This document shows positions 15,291 to 25,594 of a stretch of 37,767 bases of DNA, piece after piece. The DNA is from a virus (Duplodnaviria; Caudoviricetes). The stretch lies in the IMG/VR virus record IMGVR_UViG_3300048896_000180, positions 1 through 37,767 of that record; one strand, 5' to 3'. How positions within the stretch are numbered: the stretch's first letter is position 1; every line of letters begins with the position of its first letter. Below the pieces are notes generated by a model. That model made no database searches. It saw only the letters and a list, made by a program, of their open reading frames with translations, and had not been told where the DNA came from. Made by a program: the position numbers and the translations under genes.

Positions 15291-17108
15291 GTGAATTCTC
15301 CATCCCGGGGTCCCAAAAAACTCCCAAACGGTTTATGGCAGCACAACTACGGCGTAACTGCGGCTGTCCGGCTGGCGAATTGGCAGGTCGAACTGCTTTG
15401 CTGGCGGGAACGCTGGGATTCAGGCCTTAACCCGATTGAGCATCTGCGCCGGGCCCTGGCGATCCTCCAGCCTGAATCGATCTGGCATCCCTGGCGCGCG
15501 CGCCGCTTCGATTCCCTGTGCAATGATGCGATGGCGTCGAAGATCGGGACGACGACGATCCGCAACATCTCCTGGGTTGGGCCTGGCGCTGGCGGGAAGA
15601 CGAATGACGCCGGTGTCTTCGCGTTCTACTTCTGGCTGCTCGATCCCGCGAACACGTCCATTGCCCTCACCTCCACCAGCAAGCAGAAGATGCGGCAGCG
15701 CGTCTGGCCGCTGATCCAGGAGTGCTGGCGCGCCGCCAAGGTCGCCATGATGGACTTGGGCGACTGTGAGCCGCACATGCTCAATTCCACGATGGAGCTG
15801 CAGGCGATCAAAGGAGACAGCAAGCACGCGATCTTCGGCCAGGCTGTTGAGCAGGGTGAGATCGGCCCGGCGGTCGAGCGGCTCAAGGGCGTTCACTGCT
15901 CCCGCATCATGCTGGTGATCGATGAAGCGCCCGGCACCCCGGAAGCGATCTTCCAGACCATCCCCAACATGGCCAAGGGCTGCCAGGAGTTGATCGTTTT
16001 GACGATCGGCAACGGTCCCATGACGCACTTTGATTGCTTCTCCCGCTGCTGCAGGCCGGTCGGAGGGTGGAAGTCGATCGGGGTCGAGTCCGATCAGTGG
16101 GAGACGGCCAGCGTCCCAGAGTTCCAGCTCCCGCGCGGGACGTGCCTGCACTTCGACGGCGCGAAGTCCCCAAACGTCGAGGCCGGGCGAACGCTCTATC
16201 CGTTCCTTTACAGCTGGGAGGATTGGCAGCGCTCAATGCGAGATCCGCTGATCCAGCGCACCGCAGGCTTTTACAGCCAGGACCGTGGCTTCTGGCCTCC
16301 CGAAGGTTTCCTGCGCACCGTCCTTACTGAGGAAATGATCGAGCTCGGCAACGCGCGCGGCGAGGTAACCTTCGCTGGGCCCACGACGTCAATCGGGTCA
16401 ATCGATACCGGCTTTGGCGGGGATGCTTGCGTGCTGCGCTTCGGACGTCTTGGGCATGTTGCCAGCGGGAAGCTCGCCGTTCAGATAGACGAGCGCTTCG
16501 TGGTCCCAATCCTGGTTGATGCGGTCGATGAGAACGGCAAGCGCCTCCCTGCGGAATACCAGATCGCCAACTTCGTAAAGCCGTTATGCGACGCGCGGAA
16601 GGTCAAGCCGCACTGCTTTGGGGTTGAGGCAACCGGCACTGGGCGCGGGGCTGCGGCCGTCTTGCTCCAGCAGTTTGGTGAGATTGTCTGGGTCGAGTCC
16701 GGCGGCAAGCCGTCAGACATGCCCGCTAGCGAGGAGGACAACCGCCCGTCCCATCAGGTTTATGACCGGCGCGTGACCGAGCTCTGGTTCAGTGTCGCCG
16801 CCTTCGTGAAGGGATCGCAGCTCGGCGGGCTAACAGAGGATGATTGCACTCAATTCTGCGCCCGCCAGTACGATTACGTCTCCAAGAAATACATCCTGGA
16901 GAAGAAAGAGGACTTGAAGCCGCGCCTGGGCCGGTCGCCTGATGACGCCGACTCTGTTGCCGTCATGATCGAGGTTGCGCGCCAAATGGGCATGCACACC
17001 CGTGGCCCGCGCGGGGACCGCATGCTCGGCCAATTCGATGGCGTGATCACGCTCAATCAGGAAGTGATCAGGGAAGCAAACCTCTACCAGCCTGAGCAAG
17101 CACCGTAG
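15291..17108 (+). CDS. terL: Terminase large subunit
   Basis: Walker A GPGAGGKT, Walker B MLVIDEA, coupling motif IGNG, RNase H-like nuclease IDTGFGGD and C-terminal RSPDDADS; likely GTG start 15291. Confidence 0.92.
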   Translation: MNSPSRGPKKLPNGLWQHNYGVTAAVRLANWQVELLCWRERWDSGLNPIEHLRRALAILQPESIWHPWRARRFDSLCNDAMASKIGTTTIRNISWVGPGAGGKTNDAGVFAFYFWLLDPANTSIALTSTSKQKMRQRVWPLIQECWRAAKVAMMDLGDCEPHMLNSTMELQAIKGDSKHAIFGQAVEQGEIGPAVERLKGVHCSRIMLVIDEAPGTPEAIFQTIPNMAKGCQELIVLTIGNGPMTHFDCFSRCCRPVGGWKSIGVESDQWETASVPEFQLPRGTCLHFDGAKSPNVEAGRTLYPFLYSWEDWQRSMRDPLIQRTAGFYSQDRGFWPPEGFLRTVLTEEMIELGNARGEVTFAGPTTSIGSIDTGFGGDACVLRFGRLGHVASGKLAVQIDERFVVPILVDAVDENGKRLPAEYQIANFVKPLCDARKVKPHCFGVEATGTGRGAAAVLLQQFGEIVWVESGGKPSDMPASEEDNRPSHQVYDRRVTELWFSVAAFVKGSQLGGLTEDDCTQFCARQYDYVSKKYILEKKEDLKPRLGRSPDDADSVAVMIEVARQMGMHTRGPRGDRMLGQFDGVITLNQEVIREANLYQPEQAP

Positions 17109-17583
17109 GGGACCCTACCCATTCCTCGAGCCACCTCAACTCAGCTGCTCGGCGTTCTGCTTCTTCGCGACGGCGTTCCTGTTTCGTTTGAGGCTTAGCT
17201 TGGCCATTCGCTTGCGGGTCCGGATGCGCACTGTGCGTTTTTGCCTCATCATTCTCGTAATGTGGCCCTGGTAGTGTGCGGCGAAAACGTTGTTCCCTGG
17301 CCGGAACACTTTGGCTTTCTTCGGGTCGGACGGCATTCTGTTCTTCAATCTGATCATGGTCTTCTGGGGGATAAGCCCACCATGGCGGTTTAGCTGCCAT
17401 GAGAGCTGATTGTCGGTTGACCGCCTTCCTCCTGATGCCATCCGCTAGCACTGGCTGGCGAAGTGATGGACGTGGATCAAAAGGATAGACTGGGATTGGC
17501 CTGGCTGGCGGCGGGGGCGTCTCGGGTTTTGGCTTGGGAGGTTCCATGGCCTCGAGGGCCGCGCGCAGTTGCAGGAATCTCAT
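17068..17583 (-). CDS. Hypothetical Pro-rich protein
   Basis: ATG ORF 7 nt downstream of the 17591-18052 stop. Confidence 0.45.
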   Translation of the reverse strand: MRFLQLRAALEAMEPPKPKPETPPPPARPIPVYPFDPRPSLRQPVLADGIRRKAVNRQSALMAAKPPWWAYPPEDHDQIEEQNAVRPEESQSVPAREQRFRRTLPGPHYENDEAKTHSAHPDPQANGQAKPQTKQERRREEAERRAAELRWLEEWVGSPTVLAQAGRGLLP

Positions 17584-17590
17584 AGGGCAC

Positions 17591-18052
17591 TCAATGCGGC
17601 TCAGCCAGTCTCAACATTGTTTCAGCCATGGCGTCCAGGAAGCCGCTTTCTTTCAGCTTCTGCAGGCGTTCACATAGCTCAACAAACTCTTTAAGGGCCG
17701 CGATCTCTTTCGTGTGATCTGGGCCAATCATGAATTTCCGAACCAGCTCAAGCTCCTGGCGCGCTTTGCCGATTTCAGCAACAGCCGTCATCCTGAAACT
17801 TAGGATTGATGCCAGGAAATCCTTTTTCACCGGCTCGAAACCCTCCACCACAGCGCCAATGCCCTTGACGGCTTCTATCAGCGCGGCTTTCGCCTCAAGG
17901 GTCTGCTCCGTCAGGGAGCCTATCTGCTTGGGCCTGCGTTCAGCCGCCTCAACTGACGTGGTCGCGACGGCTTTAATCATGTCGTCGGTGTAATACAGCC
18001 CGCCAGCCTCGATCGGCCTTTGGGTTGTTTTCGGTGTGTCTGATGAGCTCAT
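17591..18052 (-). CDS. Hypothetical helical protein (153 aa)
   Basis: ATG ORF with upstream TTGACGGCAAT motif (18088-18078). Confidence 0.7.
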   Translation of the reverse strand: MSSSDTPKTTQRPIEAGGLYYTDDMIKAVATTSVEAAERRPKQIGSLTEQTLEAKAALIEAVKGIGAVVEGFEPVKKDFLASILSFRMTAVAEIGKARQELELVRKFMIGPDHTKEIAALKEFVELCERLQKLKESGFLDAMAETMLRLAEPH

Positions 18053-18116
18053 GGCAATAAACGTCAGCCCGAACTATATTGCCGTCAACTGCCAATGATT
18101 GCCAGAAGTCGCAGCG

Positions 18117-21100
18117 CTAACGGAGCCCCGATTCTTTTGCCGCCTGGTTCATCGCCTGGGCAATGTTCATGATCTCAAGCGCGTAGGCCTGGCGCTCCTT
18201 GTCGGAGTCTGCGGAGCGCGCCGCCTTGCGCAGCTCAGCCATTGCCGTAGCTGCCTTGTCGAAGCCCTCGGTCAGCCCCACCCAATCCTTGCCCTCGCCC
18301 TTGATTTCCCATCGATGCTTTTCCCCATGCAGTTTGGTCCGAAGATCGTAGAAGTCCTGAACGGACTGGCTTTGAATGCCCGCTGGTGCTGTGAAAAACC
18401 TGCCCCATGGCGCGGTATTCTGCGCAGTGCGCTGCTCGCCAGTCACCGCCGAGATGACGCGATCGACGCCTTGGTGCGTCACCTGTTTGCCGAGACCGCC
18501 GGTCATGCGGCTGATGAAGTGATCGACTTTGATTGGCGAGACGCCCATCAGCTCACCCAAGTGGCGCGCGGTTAAGCTCTGCTGATCGGTGAATTGCATA
18601 TCGGGCGCATAATCCGCAACCGTCTGCGGGATCATCCCCCGTTCCCGGAAGAAGTCGTAACCAGACATGAGCTCAAGGCTGGCCATGACAGCTGGCGGGA
18701 GCGGATTAGGGAGCAACGCCCCGCCGATGGTATTTTGCAGGCCTTTCAGCGCGTGCAGGTCGCCGCCTTCTTTGTACATCTGAATCAACCGGCCTGGGAG
18801 GGTGGCAAAGATGATGCCCGCCTCAAACGGGACTGGCAGCGGGATGAACTTGCTGTGACCGTTCTCGTCCGTCCCATAGCGGATGTTGAAGGACAGGTCC
18901 CGCCTCCACTGCGGGAGCTCCCAGTAATCGGGATCGTTATAGTTGTACGCTTGCTCGGCGAGCTTGGCCAAGGTGATGTAGGTGAAGCCGCGCAGCATCG
19001 TCCCAGCGAAGTCGCGTTTGAACGATTGCGCCAGCCGGACATTGCCTTGCAGGGCAGCGTTCCAGAAAGGGGCGATCTGCCGCAGAGACTTGGTTTTCGC
19101 GCCGCCCTTAGCGAAGTCTTGCCGGTCGCGAGATTCAAATGCCGCCAAGATCCTGGCGTCGCCTTCGGGCATGCCACCCTTGATGAGATCCTTGTAGATC
19201 GTCTCGTATTCGCCGATGCGCGTCGCCTCTTCCAATGTGCCCGTCAGAAACTTCAATGCGCTGATCGGATTATACTGCACCAATGCGCGCTGCACTGGGG
19301 TCATCTCCTTGGTGATTTTCTCACGCAGAAACTTGGTGAGCGCCTCTGGGTTGAAATAGGCTGATTCAACCGCATTCCTCCCGCCAGCCGCTGACCATTC
19401 CGCAACCAGCTTCGGCTTGTTGAGCAGCGCAGCTACACCCTTGAGCATGGCTTCAAATGGGACCAGGCCATACTCCGAGACAACCGCCGAAGAGAAGGCG
19501 TCCCGGAACGGGTTAGCGCCTAGCGCAAAGCCAGGGTCCAGCGTCACGCCCGCCCGCAGAAGGTCTGCCGACTTGGCCAGCATGCGGACCAGCGCCGTGC
19601 TGTCCTCCAGGTCCAGGGAGTGGAAGGTGTTGTACAGCTCAGTCTTGAGCTGGTAGAACTTCGCTGTGTCGCCTTGGACAACGCGAATGATGTTGTTCCC
19701 GTTCGGGATCTGCCTCGAGTTACGCCAGAACGACAGGAGCGACTCATCAGGCACGTCGGTAAGATCAGCGCCAAGATCCTCGAGCTGCTTGCGGACACGC
19801 TCGAGCTCAAACTTGACCTGCTCCTTGGGTGCGCCAACGTCACTGACCCATTCACCCATGCCTTTCATTTTCGACAGCCTGGCCAGCCTGGTGTGAATCC
19901 AATGCTTTTCCGCCGCCGTCGTCAGGACGTAGGCGTTTTTGACCATCGTCTCGAGCGGGTTCATGATCGCCCGGGGTGAGCCGCCCAAGTGGCGCAACGA
20001 TCCAGGCATGCCGAGATTCAGCCCGCCGCCAGCATGCCCGCCAGCCTGTGAGCCTTCCTCACCAGCCCCGATCTCGTAAAGCCGGTGAAACGGGACAAAG
20101 TCTTGATGCAGCTTTCGCATGGCTGCCGCCGCCTTGCGCGTGACAAGCCCAGCGTCGACGGCGTACTGCAGGAGTGAGTCCTGCCAGGCCTTGAGCTTTT
20201 CAAACGTGTCGTTGAAGAGCTTATTGTTCTCGAATTTCTTCACGACGGCAGCAGTGGCGTCGCGCGGGATGCCGGTCTCTTTGCCCTGCCGGTTCAACTC
20301 CATGGCGCGCAGGGAAACGATGTAGTCGACAAAGTCAGCAGTGTGCCCGCTGATCGGCTTCAAGATGTCATTGAAGCTATTTCCAAGAGTCACCTCCTTG
20401 GTGTGAAAATCAACCGTCCCATGCCGGACGAAGGTGTCAGCCCGGCCATAGGCCCCGCGCAGCAGCCTGGCGAGCATGTAGATATTATCCTTCGGCCGGA
20501 TCGCTTTCCCGCCCAAGCGCTCAGCGTCGTCCATGACGATCCGCAGAATGTGCAGGTCATCGATCAAATCCCTTGTGAGCTGGCGCAGGGTCATCTGCGT
20601 CTTGTTCGGATTCCCGGTGACGACGTGCGCCCTGACTTTCGCCTGCGCCTCCGACCCTGCCCAAGTCTGGTAGTCGTCGCGCGCGGTCCGCATGGTGTTG
20701 CCGTAGTCGCGATTGGAGTCCAAGCCTGCCTCAAAGGCGGCATACGTTTTCGGCGCGAGCTTCTTAGCCTTGGCGGGGTCCATCATCCAATGACGGGTGA
20801 ACTCAGCCACGCCCTCGCCGAGCTTGTAAGCCTTGCTCTTGCTCTTCGTCCAGGAGGAGTGCGAGCCCGGCGACAACGAAGGATCGCCGAGGACATCGAG
20901 CTCGGCCGCAATCGCAGGGTCCTTAGAGAATCCAAAGACAGCGTCCAGCTTGTGCCCAACCTCATGCGAGACCACTAGGAAGTCCTGGGCCCGGTTGCTT
21001 CGGATCAGGTTTTGGAGCGGGGCGAAGAAACCGCCAAACCTCGGATGCGGGGTCTTCCCGTAACGGATCGGCACGCCCAAGCCCTTGGCCATTTCCTTGA

Positions 21101-24100
21101 TGATCTGATGCAGCGGCTTGACCGGCTTGACTGCCGCTGCAGCCGCAGCTGGTGTCGGGATCGGTGGCGCTTTCGCGCCCGGCGCAGCCCCTTGCGGTTC
21201 GTCAAAAAGGTCCGGCCCAAGGTCGCTTGCCGCCGAGCCGGCTGGTTGATCGCCCTCCTCACCCTTGCGCGCCTCTGCCTCGGCCTCCTGCAGCCAGGTC
21301 TGGCCTTGCTTGTGACTGGGCGCTGATTCGCTGTAACCCCGGCGAGTTGCGGAGCTGGCGTCCAAGCTCATCGCTTTCCTGAGCGTCTCCATGAGCGTTT
21401 TCCCGCTTCGGAGCAGCTTGTAAACACCGTCCCCAGGAACGGCGATAATGGCGTTCCCTCTGCCTTCCGCCGCCATGGCCTTGATCATGAACTCAGCGTC
21501 AGCCATCGAATCGACGGTGAGCGTCACCGCCTCTTTGGCCGCATTCACGCGCCAAGTCCTGACCTTGAAAGCTCCCTTGTCAGTTTCCTCAACCTCCCCG
21601 AAGGAGATCGCCCCGCTATCGGCTTGAGCCACGTAAGTCCCATCCTCCCGGCGGCTGAGCGTCACCTTGTCTTTGCCCAGAGTCTCAGCGAGCGCCTGCT
21701 TGATGCGGTTGACGAGCTCGTCTTTGACGTCCCCAGCCGGGCGACCGCCCTTGGTCCCGGGCTTGCCCGCCGAATTGGCGACAGCCTGCGCTTCCACCAT
21801 CATCTTGTCCTCTTTGGCCTTTTCCTCGGCGAGCTCTTTAGCGCTGCGCTCAGCCGTCTCAGCGCTCTCTTTGTGGACGCGTTCGCTCTCTGACTTGATG
21901 AGCTTATGCAGCTCGTCCAGCTCAGGGCCCGGCAGCTTCTCTACCGGCTTGCCATACATCTCCGGTGAGCGTTCAAAGGGCGTGTACTTCGAGATGCGCG
22001 CCCGGGCCTCAGGTGAAAACTGGTGATAGGGCACGCCTGGCCCTTTGATCGCCGTCTCCAGCTCGGCCGCGCGCGCGGCGTGCACCTTGAACGCCGGATT
22101 GAATTCCACTTCCTTGGCGACGTCGTTCTGTAGCTGCGCCGCCCGTTCGACTTCGTTGGCCAGGCGGAACATTTCGGACTCCCGCACGTCGGGGAAGTGC
22201 TTGCGCACCTCAGCCTCAGCTTCGGCGCGAAGCATGTCTCCGAGCTCCATCGGGACCGCCTCGCCCTTTTCGCCGAACATGCGGACTCGAGCGCCAAGCC
22301 GGTTCAAGAGCGGCTTGCTCTCGTCGTTCACGATCTTGGCCAGCATCGCCAAGTCAGTAGCCAGCTGATCCTTGGCCGCGCCCCGCCGGATCGCATCCTT
22401 TTGCGTCTCGAGAGAATGCACCTCCCGGGACAGCTCGTGATACCGCGCGACATCGGCCTTTTTCGCTGATGCCTTGATGCGGCCTTTGTTCCAGCCCCTG
22501 GTGCTCAGGATTTCCTTGGCAAGCTCCTGGTGGGCCTCATAGGTCTTCTTGCGCTGCTCCTCGAGCGCGTCGATCTGGCGCTGGGCGAACTTCGCCGCTT
22601 CCTTAGCCTCGCTGTTGTCTGGGGCCTCCGCTTGGAGCCACTTGTTTGACGGCTTGGGCGTCTCGGTTGGCGGCTTGGCGGGCGTTGCCTCCTCCGTTGG
22701 CTTGGGTGCTGGCGGCTCGGGTGGCTTTGGCGCGCGAGTCTGCTTGTCCAGAATATCGTGAGCTTCCTCCACTCGAATCAGGTTGCGCTGTTCCTTGGTG
22801 TAGCCGAGATCAGCGAGCCCTTGCTCCATCTCCCTCGTGATCCATAGCGGCTTGGAGATCTTGCCCTCGCCTGGCTTGGTCTCAGCGCTCGGTGTGGGCG
22901 TCGGCTCTGGCGGGGCGGCTGCCTCCTTCTTGTGCTGGTCGAGAACCTCCTGCAGGTCCACGATCGCCTCAAGCCGCCCCTCGTCGGACAGATGCGGCGC
23001 TACCTGGTCGAGAGCCTGGCTGATAGTCATCTCCCCGTTGAGGATCTTTAGAGCGTGATCGAGGTCGAGTCCCTCGCCCATGAACAAGCTGACGGTCGTC
23101 TCGAGCTTGGGATCAATCTCAGCCTTGGGAGGTTCCGGCGGCTTGGGCGGTTCCGCTGGCGCTGTGGGCGGTTCTGGCGCGGGCGCGGCGTCGGGAGGCA
23201 GATCCGCCTGGGGGCCAACCTTGAGCGGCTCTGGGGCCAGCGTAGACGGTTCAGCGACCGTCCCGGGGGCTGCGTCCTGAGTTGTCCCAGGTTTCAGCTC
23301 TGGGAATACCTGATTGCGCAGGTCGCGCGCCTGCTCTGATGTCAGATAGGGGAACGCTTCAACGATCTTCTGCCTGGTGTTCAGGTTCTTCGATTTGATC
23401 GTGTCTAAGACGTTCTGCTGCTGATCCGCCTCAAACTGTTGCTTGGCGCGCTCTTTCTGCAGCGCTGTGACGTCCCGATCGAGCTCTGGTTCTGTCGCTG
23501 GCACTTCTGGCCGGGCCGCTTTCCGCTGGGCCTGCACGTCGCGACCAGAGGGATTGAAGACGCCGGACACCCAACCGCTCATGCTGGGATCAATGTCTGG
23601 GCTGGCTGGGCGCGGAGCCTGGCGCTGCCTCTTCGTCACCCTTGCGGTCTCCGGGATCAGCTCACCGACAAGCGGGTCAAGCCTGGTCCCGCGCGCAATC
23701 TCATCGACGGACATTTCCCGCATGCCTTGCGCTGCCGTCTCCCGCACCGCACGCCCGGTTGCTTTCAGGCCATACCTCGCCGCCATTGGCGTGCCGAGCG
23801 TCAGCCCAAGCCCGAATAGCCGCCCCTGAGCTGCCTCGTCGCCGTTCCATGCCTTTGGCGTGTCCTCGGCGATCGTCTTGAGGATGTCTGGACCGTATCG
23901 CCCAAGCAGGATGGCCTCACCGAGCGGGTTGAGCGCCATCAGCGCCTCCTCTGGCTTGTTGAGCGCCCACTCACCAAGCCCAACGATCATGCCCGAAGCT
24001 TCGTTTTCAAACGAGCCGGGCTTGCCAAGGCGCGGCAGCGTGATCGGGCCAGGCTCTTGGATTATGTCCTCGTTCGTGTGCGGACGGTCCAGCTGCGCCT

Positions 24101-24362
24101 GCTCAAACTTGCGCTGAGCTTCCGCCGCACCCTGGTCCCGATCCTCCCTCGCTGGGAATGCTTGCGTTGTTCGCAGATTGCTGGCCGGTTCGCTGGAGAA
24201 CATCCCGCCCGGGGCTGGGACGTCAACCCGACTGCTAGAACTTTCCGGCGTCGGGGCCAGCTCTGGGAATGCTTTAACGATCTCACGATTGATCTCATCG
24301 GGGCCCATCCCGTCAGGAAATTCAATCGTGCGATTGCCCGGGAGGTCTACGGTTTGAGGCAT
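18117..24362 (-). CDS. Large polyvalent / ejection (internal virion) protein with C-terminal LPD38-type domain
   Basis: ~2080 aa, likely start ATG 24362; zincin-like SHEVGH; C-terminal DYWELPQWRRD...IPLPVPFEAGIIF typical of LPD38; last gene of the virion operon. Confidence 0.8.
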   Translation of the reverse strand: MPQTVDLPGNRTIEFPDGMGPDEINREIVKAFPELAPTPESSSSRVDVPAPGGMFSSEPASNLRTTQAFPAREDRDQGAAEAQRKFEQAQLDRPHTNEDIIQEPGPITLPRLGKPGSFENEASGMIVGLGEWALNKPEEALMALNPLGEAILLGRYGPDILKTIAEDTPKAWNGDEAAQGRLFGLGLTLGTPMAARYGLKATGRAVRETAAQGMREMSVDEIARGTRLDPLVGELIPETARVTKRQRQAPRPASPDIDPSMSGWVSGVFNPSGRDVQAQRKAARPEVPATEPELDRDVTALQKERAKQQFEADQQQNVLDTIKSKNLNTRQKIVEAFPYLTSEQARDLRNQVFPELKPGTTQDAAPGTVAEPSTLAPEPLKVGPQADLPPDAAPAPEPPTAPAEPPKPPEPPKAEIDPKLETTVSLFMGEGLDLDHALKILNGEMTISQALDQVAPHLSDEGRLEAIVDLQEVLDQHKKEAAAPPEPTPTPSAETKPGEGKISKPLWITREMEQGLADLGYTKEQRNLIRVEEAHDILDKQTRAPKPPEPPAPKPTEEATPAKPPTETPKPSNKWLQAEAPDNSEAKEAAKFAQRQIDALEEQRKKTYEAHQELAKEILSTRGWNKGRIKASAKKADVARYHELSREVHSLETQKDAIRRGAAKDQLATDLAMLAKIVNDESKPLLNRLGARVRMFGEKGEAVPMELGDMLRAEAEAEVRKHFPDVRESEMFRLANEVERAAQLQNDVAKEVEFNPAFKVHAARAAELETAIKGPGVPYHQFSPEARARISKYTPFERSPEMYGKPVEKLPGPELDELHKLIKSESERVHKESAETAERSAKELAEEKAKEDKMMVEAQAVANSAGKPGTKGGRPAGDVKDELVNRIKQALAETLGKDKVTLSRREDGTYVAQADSGAISFGEVEETDKGAFKVRTWRVNAAKEAVTLTVDSMADAEFMIKAMAAEGRGNAIIAVPGDGVYKLLRSGKTLMETLRKAMSLDASSATRRGYSESAPSHKQGQTWLQEAEAEARKGEEGDQPAGSAASDLGPDLFDEPQGAAPGAKAPPIPTPAAAAAAVKPVKPLHQIIKEMAKGLGVPIRYGKTPHPRFGGFFAPLQNLIRSNRAQDFLVVSHEVGHKLDAVFGFSKDPAIAAELDVLGDPSLSPGSHSSWTKSKSKAYKLGEGVAEFTRHWMMDPAKAKKLAPKTYAAFEAGLDSNRDYGNTMRTARDDYQTWAGSEAQAKVRAHVVTGNPNKTQMTLRQLTRDLIDDLHILRIVMDDAERLGGKAIRPKDNIYMLARLLRGAYGRADTFVRHGTVDFHTKEVTLGNSFNDILKPISGHTADFVDYIVSLRAMELNRQGKETGIPRDATAAVVKKFENNKLFNDTFEKLKAWQDSLLQYAVDAGLVTRKAAAAMRKLHQDFVPFHRLYEIGAGEEGSQAGGHAGGGLNLGMPGSLRHLGGSPRAIMNPLETMVKNAYVLTTAAEKHWIHTRLARLSKMKGMGEWVSDVGAPKEQVKFELERVRKQLEDLGADLTDVPDESLLSFWRNSRQIPNGNNIIRVVQGDTAKFYQLKTELYNTFHSLDLEDSTALVRMLAKSADLLRAGVTLDPGFALGANPFRDAFSSAVVSEYGLVPFEAMLKGVAALLNKPKLVAEWSAAGGRNAVESAYFNPEALTKFLREKITKEMTPVQRALVQYNPISALKFLTGTLEEATRIGEYETIYKDLIKGGMPEGDARILAAFESRDRQDFAKGGAKTKSLRQIAPFWNAALQGNVRLAQSFKRDFAGTMLRGFTYITLAKLAEQAYNYNDPDYWELPQWRRDLSFNIRYGTDENGHSKFIPLPVPFEAGIIFATLPGRLIQMYKEGGDLHALKGLQNTIGGALLPNPLPPAVMASLELMSGYDFFRERGMIPQTVADYAPDMQFTDQQSLTARHLGELMGVSPIKVDHFISRMTGGLGKQVTHQGVDRVISAVTGEQRTAQNTAPWGRFFTAPAGIQSQSVQDFYDLRTKLHGEKHRWEIKGEGKDWVGLTEGFDKAATAMAELRKAARSADSDKERQAYALEIMNIAQAMNQAAKESGLR

Positions 24363-24364
24363 GG

Positions 24365-25594
24365 CTATTTCTGGATTACGCCTGTGGGCGTCCACTGATA
24401 ACGGGTTTTGGGCGTCCACCAATGCGTTGCTGCGGGAGGGGCTACCGGCTGCGGCGGCTCGGTCGTGGTCCCAGGTGTGTTAGCGCCTGCCCCATTTCCA
24501 TGCCGGGGGGCATTGTAGGAGCTGGGCGTATTGGAAAGCTCCCCGTCGATCTGCTTTAGCCGGTCCTGCATCGCAGGCCACTTGACCTTGTTCCACGGTT
24601 CGCCGAGGGCCTTCATGATTCCAGCTCGCTCCTGCACGAGCGCGTTGTAATGCGCCCGCACTTGTGAGCCTTCATGGGCCCGATCAAACGCGCCAAGGCC
24701 TTCACGCAAGCTGTCAGCTGTCTCGTAATCACCATCCGCCTCGGCGGCGTCAATCTGCTCTTTGATGTTCTGGCGAAACGCAAAATTCTGAATTTGCGCG
24801 GTGCCATGGTTCGCCCCGTAACGCGAGCCTGGCATTTCGCTTTGCATGGCCTGGATCTTGTCCTTGAGGAAAGCCTGGCGCTCTTTGCCTGTGGCATACA
24901 GCGGGTTGCCCTCGTCCATGCCCGCCGTCGCAGCCTCAGACTGCCGCAGCTCGGCTTGAGTCTCGGCCAAATGCCCGGCGGTGACGTTGTAATGATCACT
25001 AGCGTCTGCCGTCTGCTGCAACTCCCTGCCCCGATAGGTCAGCTTGTTTTCGTCGGCGACCTTGCGCGCCTTGCCTAGTTCAATGGGGTCGTAGGTTCCC
25101 GTCTTGGGGTCCGGCTGAACAAGCGGCCCATGGTCCTTGAAGATCTCAAGCGCTTCCTTCTGATACCCTGCATTGGTCTCCTGGACCTGTTTGACGAAGT
25201 CGGTCTTGTTGTCGAATGCCTGCCGGTCGGATGCCCACTTGTTATAGCGGGTCGCCTGGAAGAAGGGAGTCTCGACGCCCTGTGTTCCGCGCGGGTTGGC
25301 ATTCACCTGAGCTCGAAAGTCGGCGAACCTCTGCGCCTCAGCCTTCTCGAATCCCTGCTGCTCGAGCGCGTCGTTGACGTTCATCGTCTCCTGCTGCAGC
25401 GCGAGCTCGGCGTGCTGGTTCTGCAGTGTCCTGGACTTCACCTCGAGCGGGAGAGTCTGCTGCTGGACGGACAGCTGGTTGGCAAAGTTGAGCCAGCCCA
25501 GGACGTTGCTCCCGCCCCCGCCAGAGCTTTCGGCGTCGTGATGAGGTTCCCAGTTTTTCTGCAGCCAGGGAGGAGGGTTTGTATCAAGTGGCAT
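24365..25594 (-). CDS. Probable internal virion (ejection) protein
   Basis: Gln/Ala-rich helical 409-aa protein upstream of the giant protein. Confidence 0.6.
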   Translation of the reverse strand: MPLDTNPPPWLQKNWEPHHDAESSGGGGSNVLGWLNFANQLSVQQQTLPLEVKSRTLQNQHAELALQQETMNVNDALEQQGFEKAEAQRFADFRAQVNANPRGTQGVETPFFQATRYNKWASDRQAFDNKTDFVKQVQETNAGYQKEALEIFKDHGPLVQPDPKTGTYDPIELGKARKVADENKLTYRGRELQQTADASDHYNVTAGHLAETQAELRQSEAATAGMDEGNPLYATGKERQAFLKDKIQAMQSEMPGSRYGANHGTAQIQNFAFRQNIKEQIDAAEADGDYETADSLREGLGAFDRAHEGSQVRAHYNALVQERAGIMKALGEPWNKVKWPAMQDRLKQIDGELSNTPSSYNAPRHGNGAGANTPGTTTEPPQPVAPPAATHWWTPKTRYQWTPTGVIQK

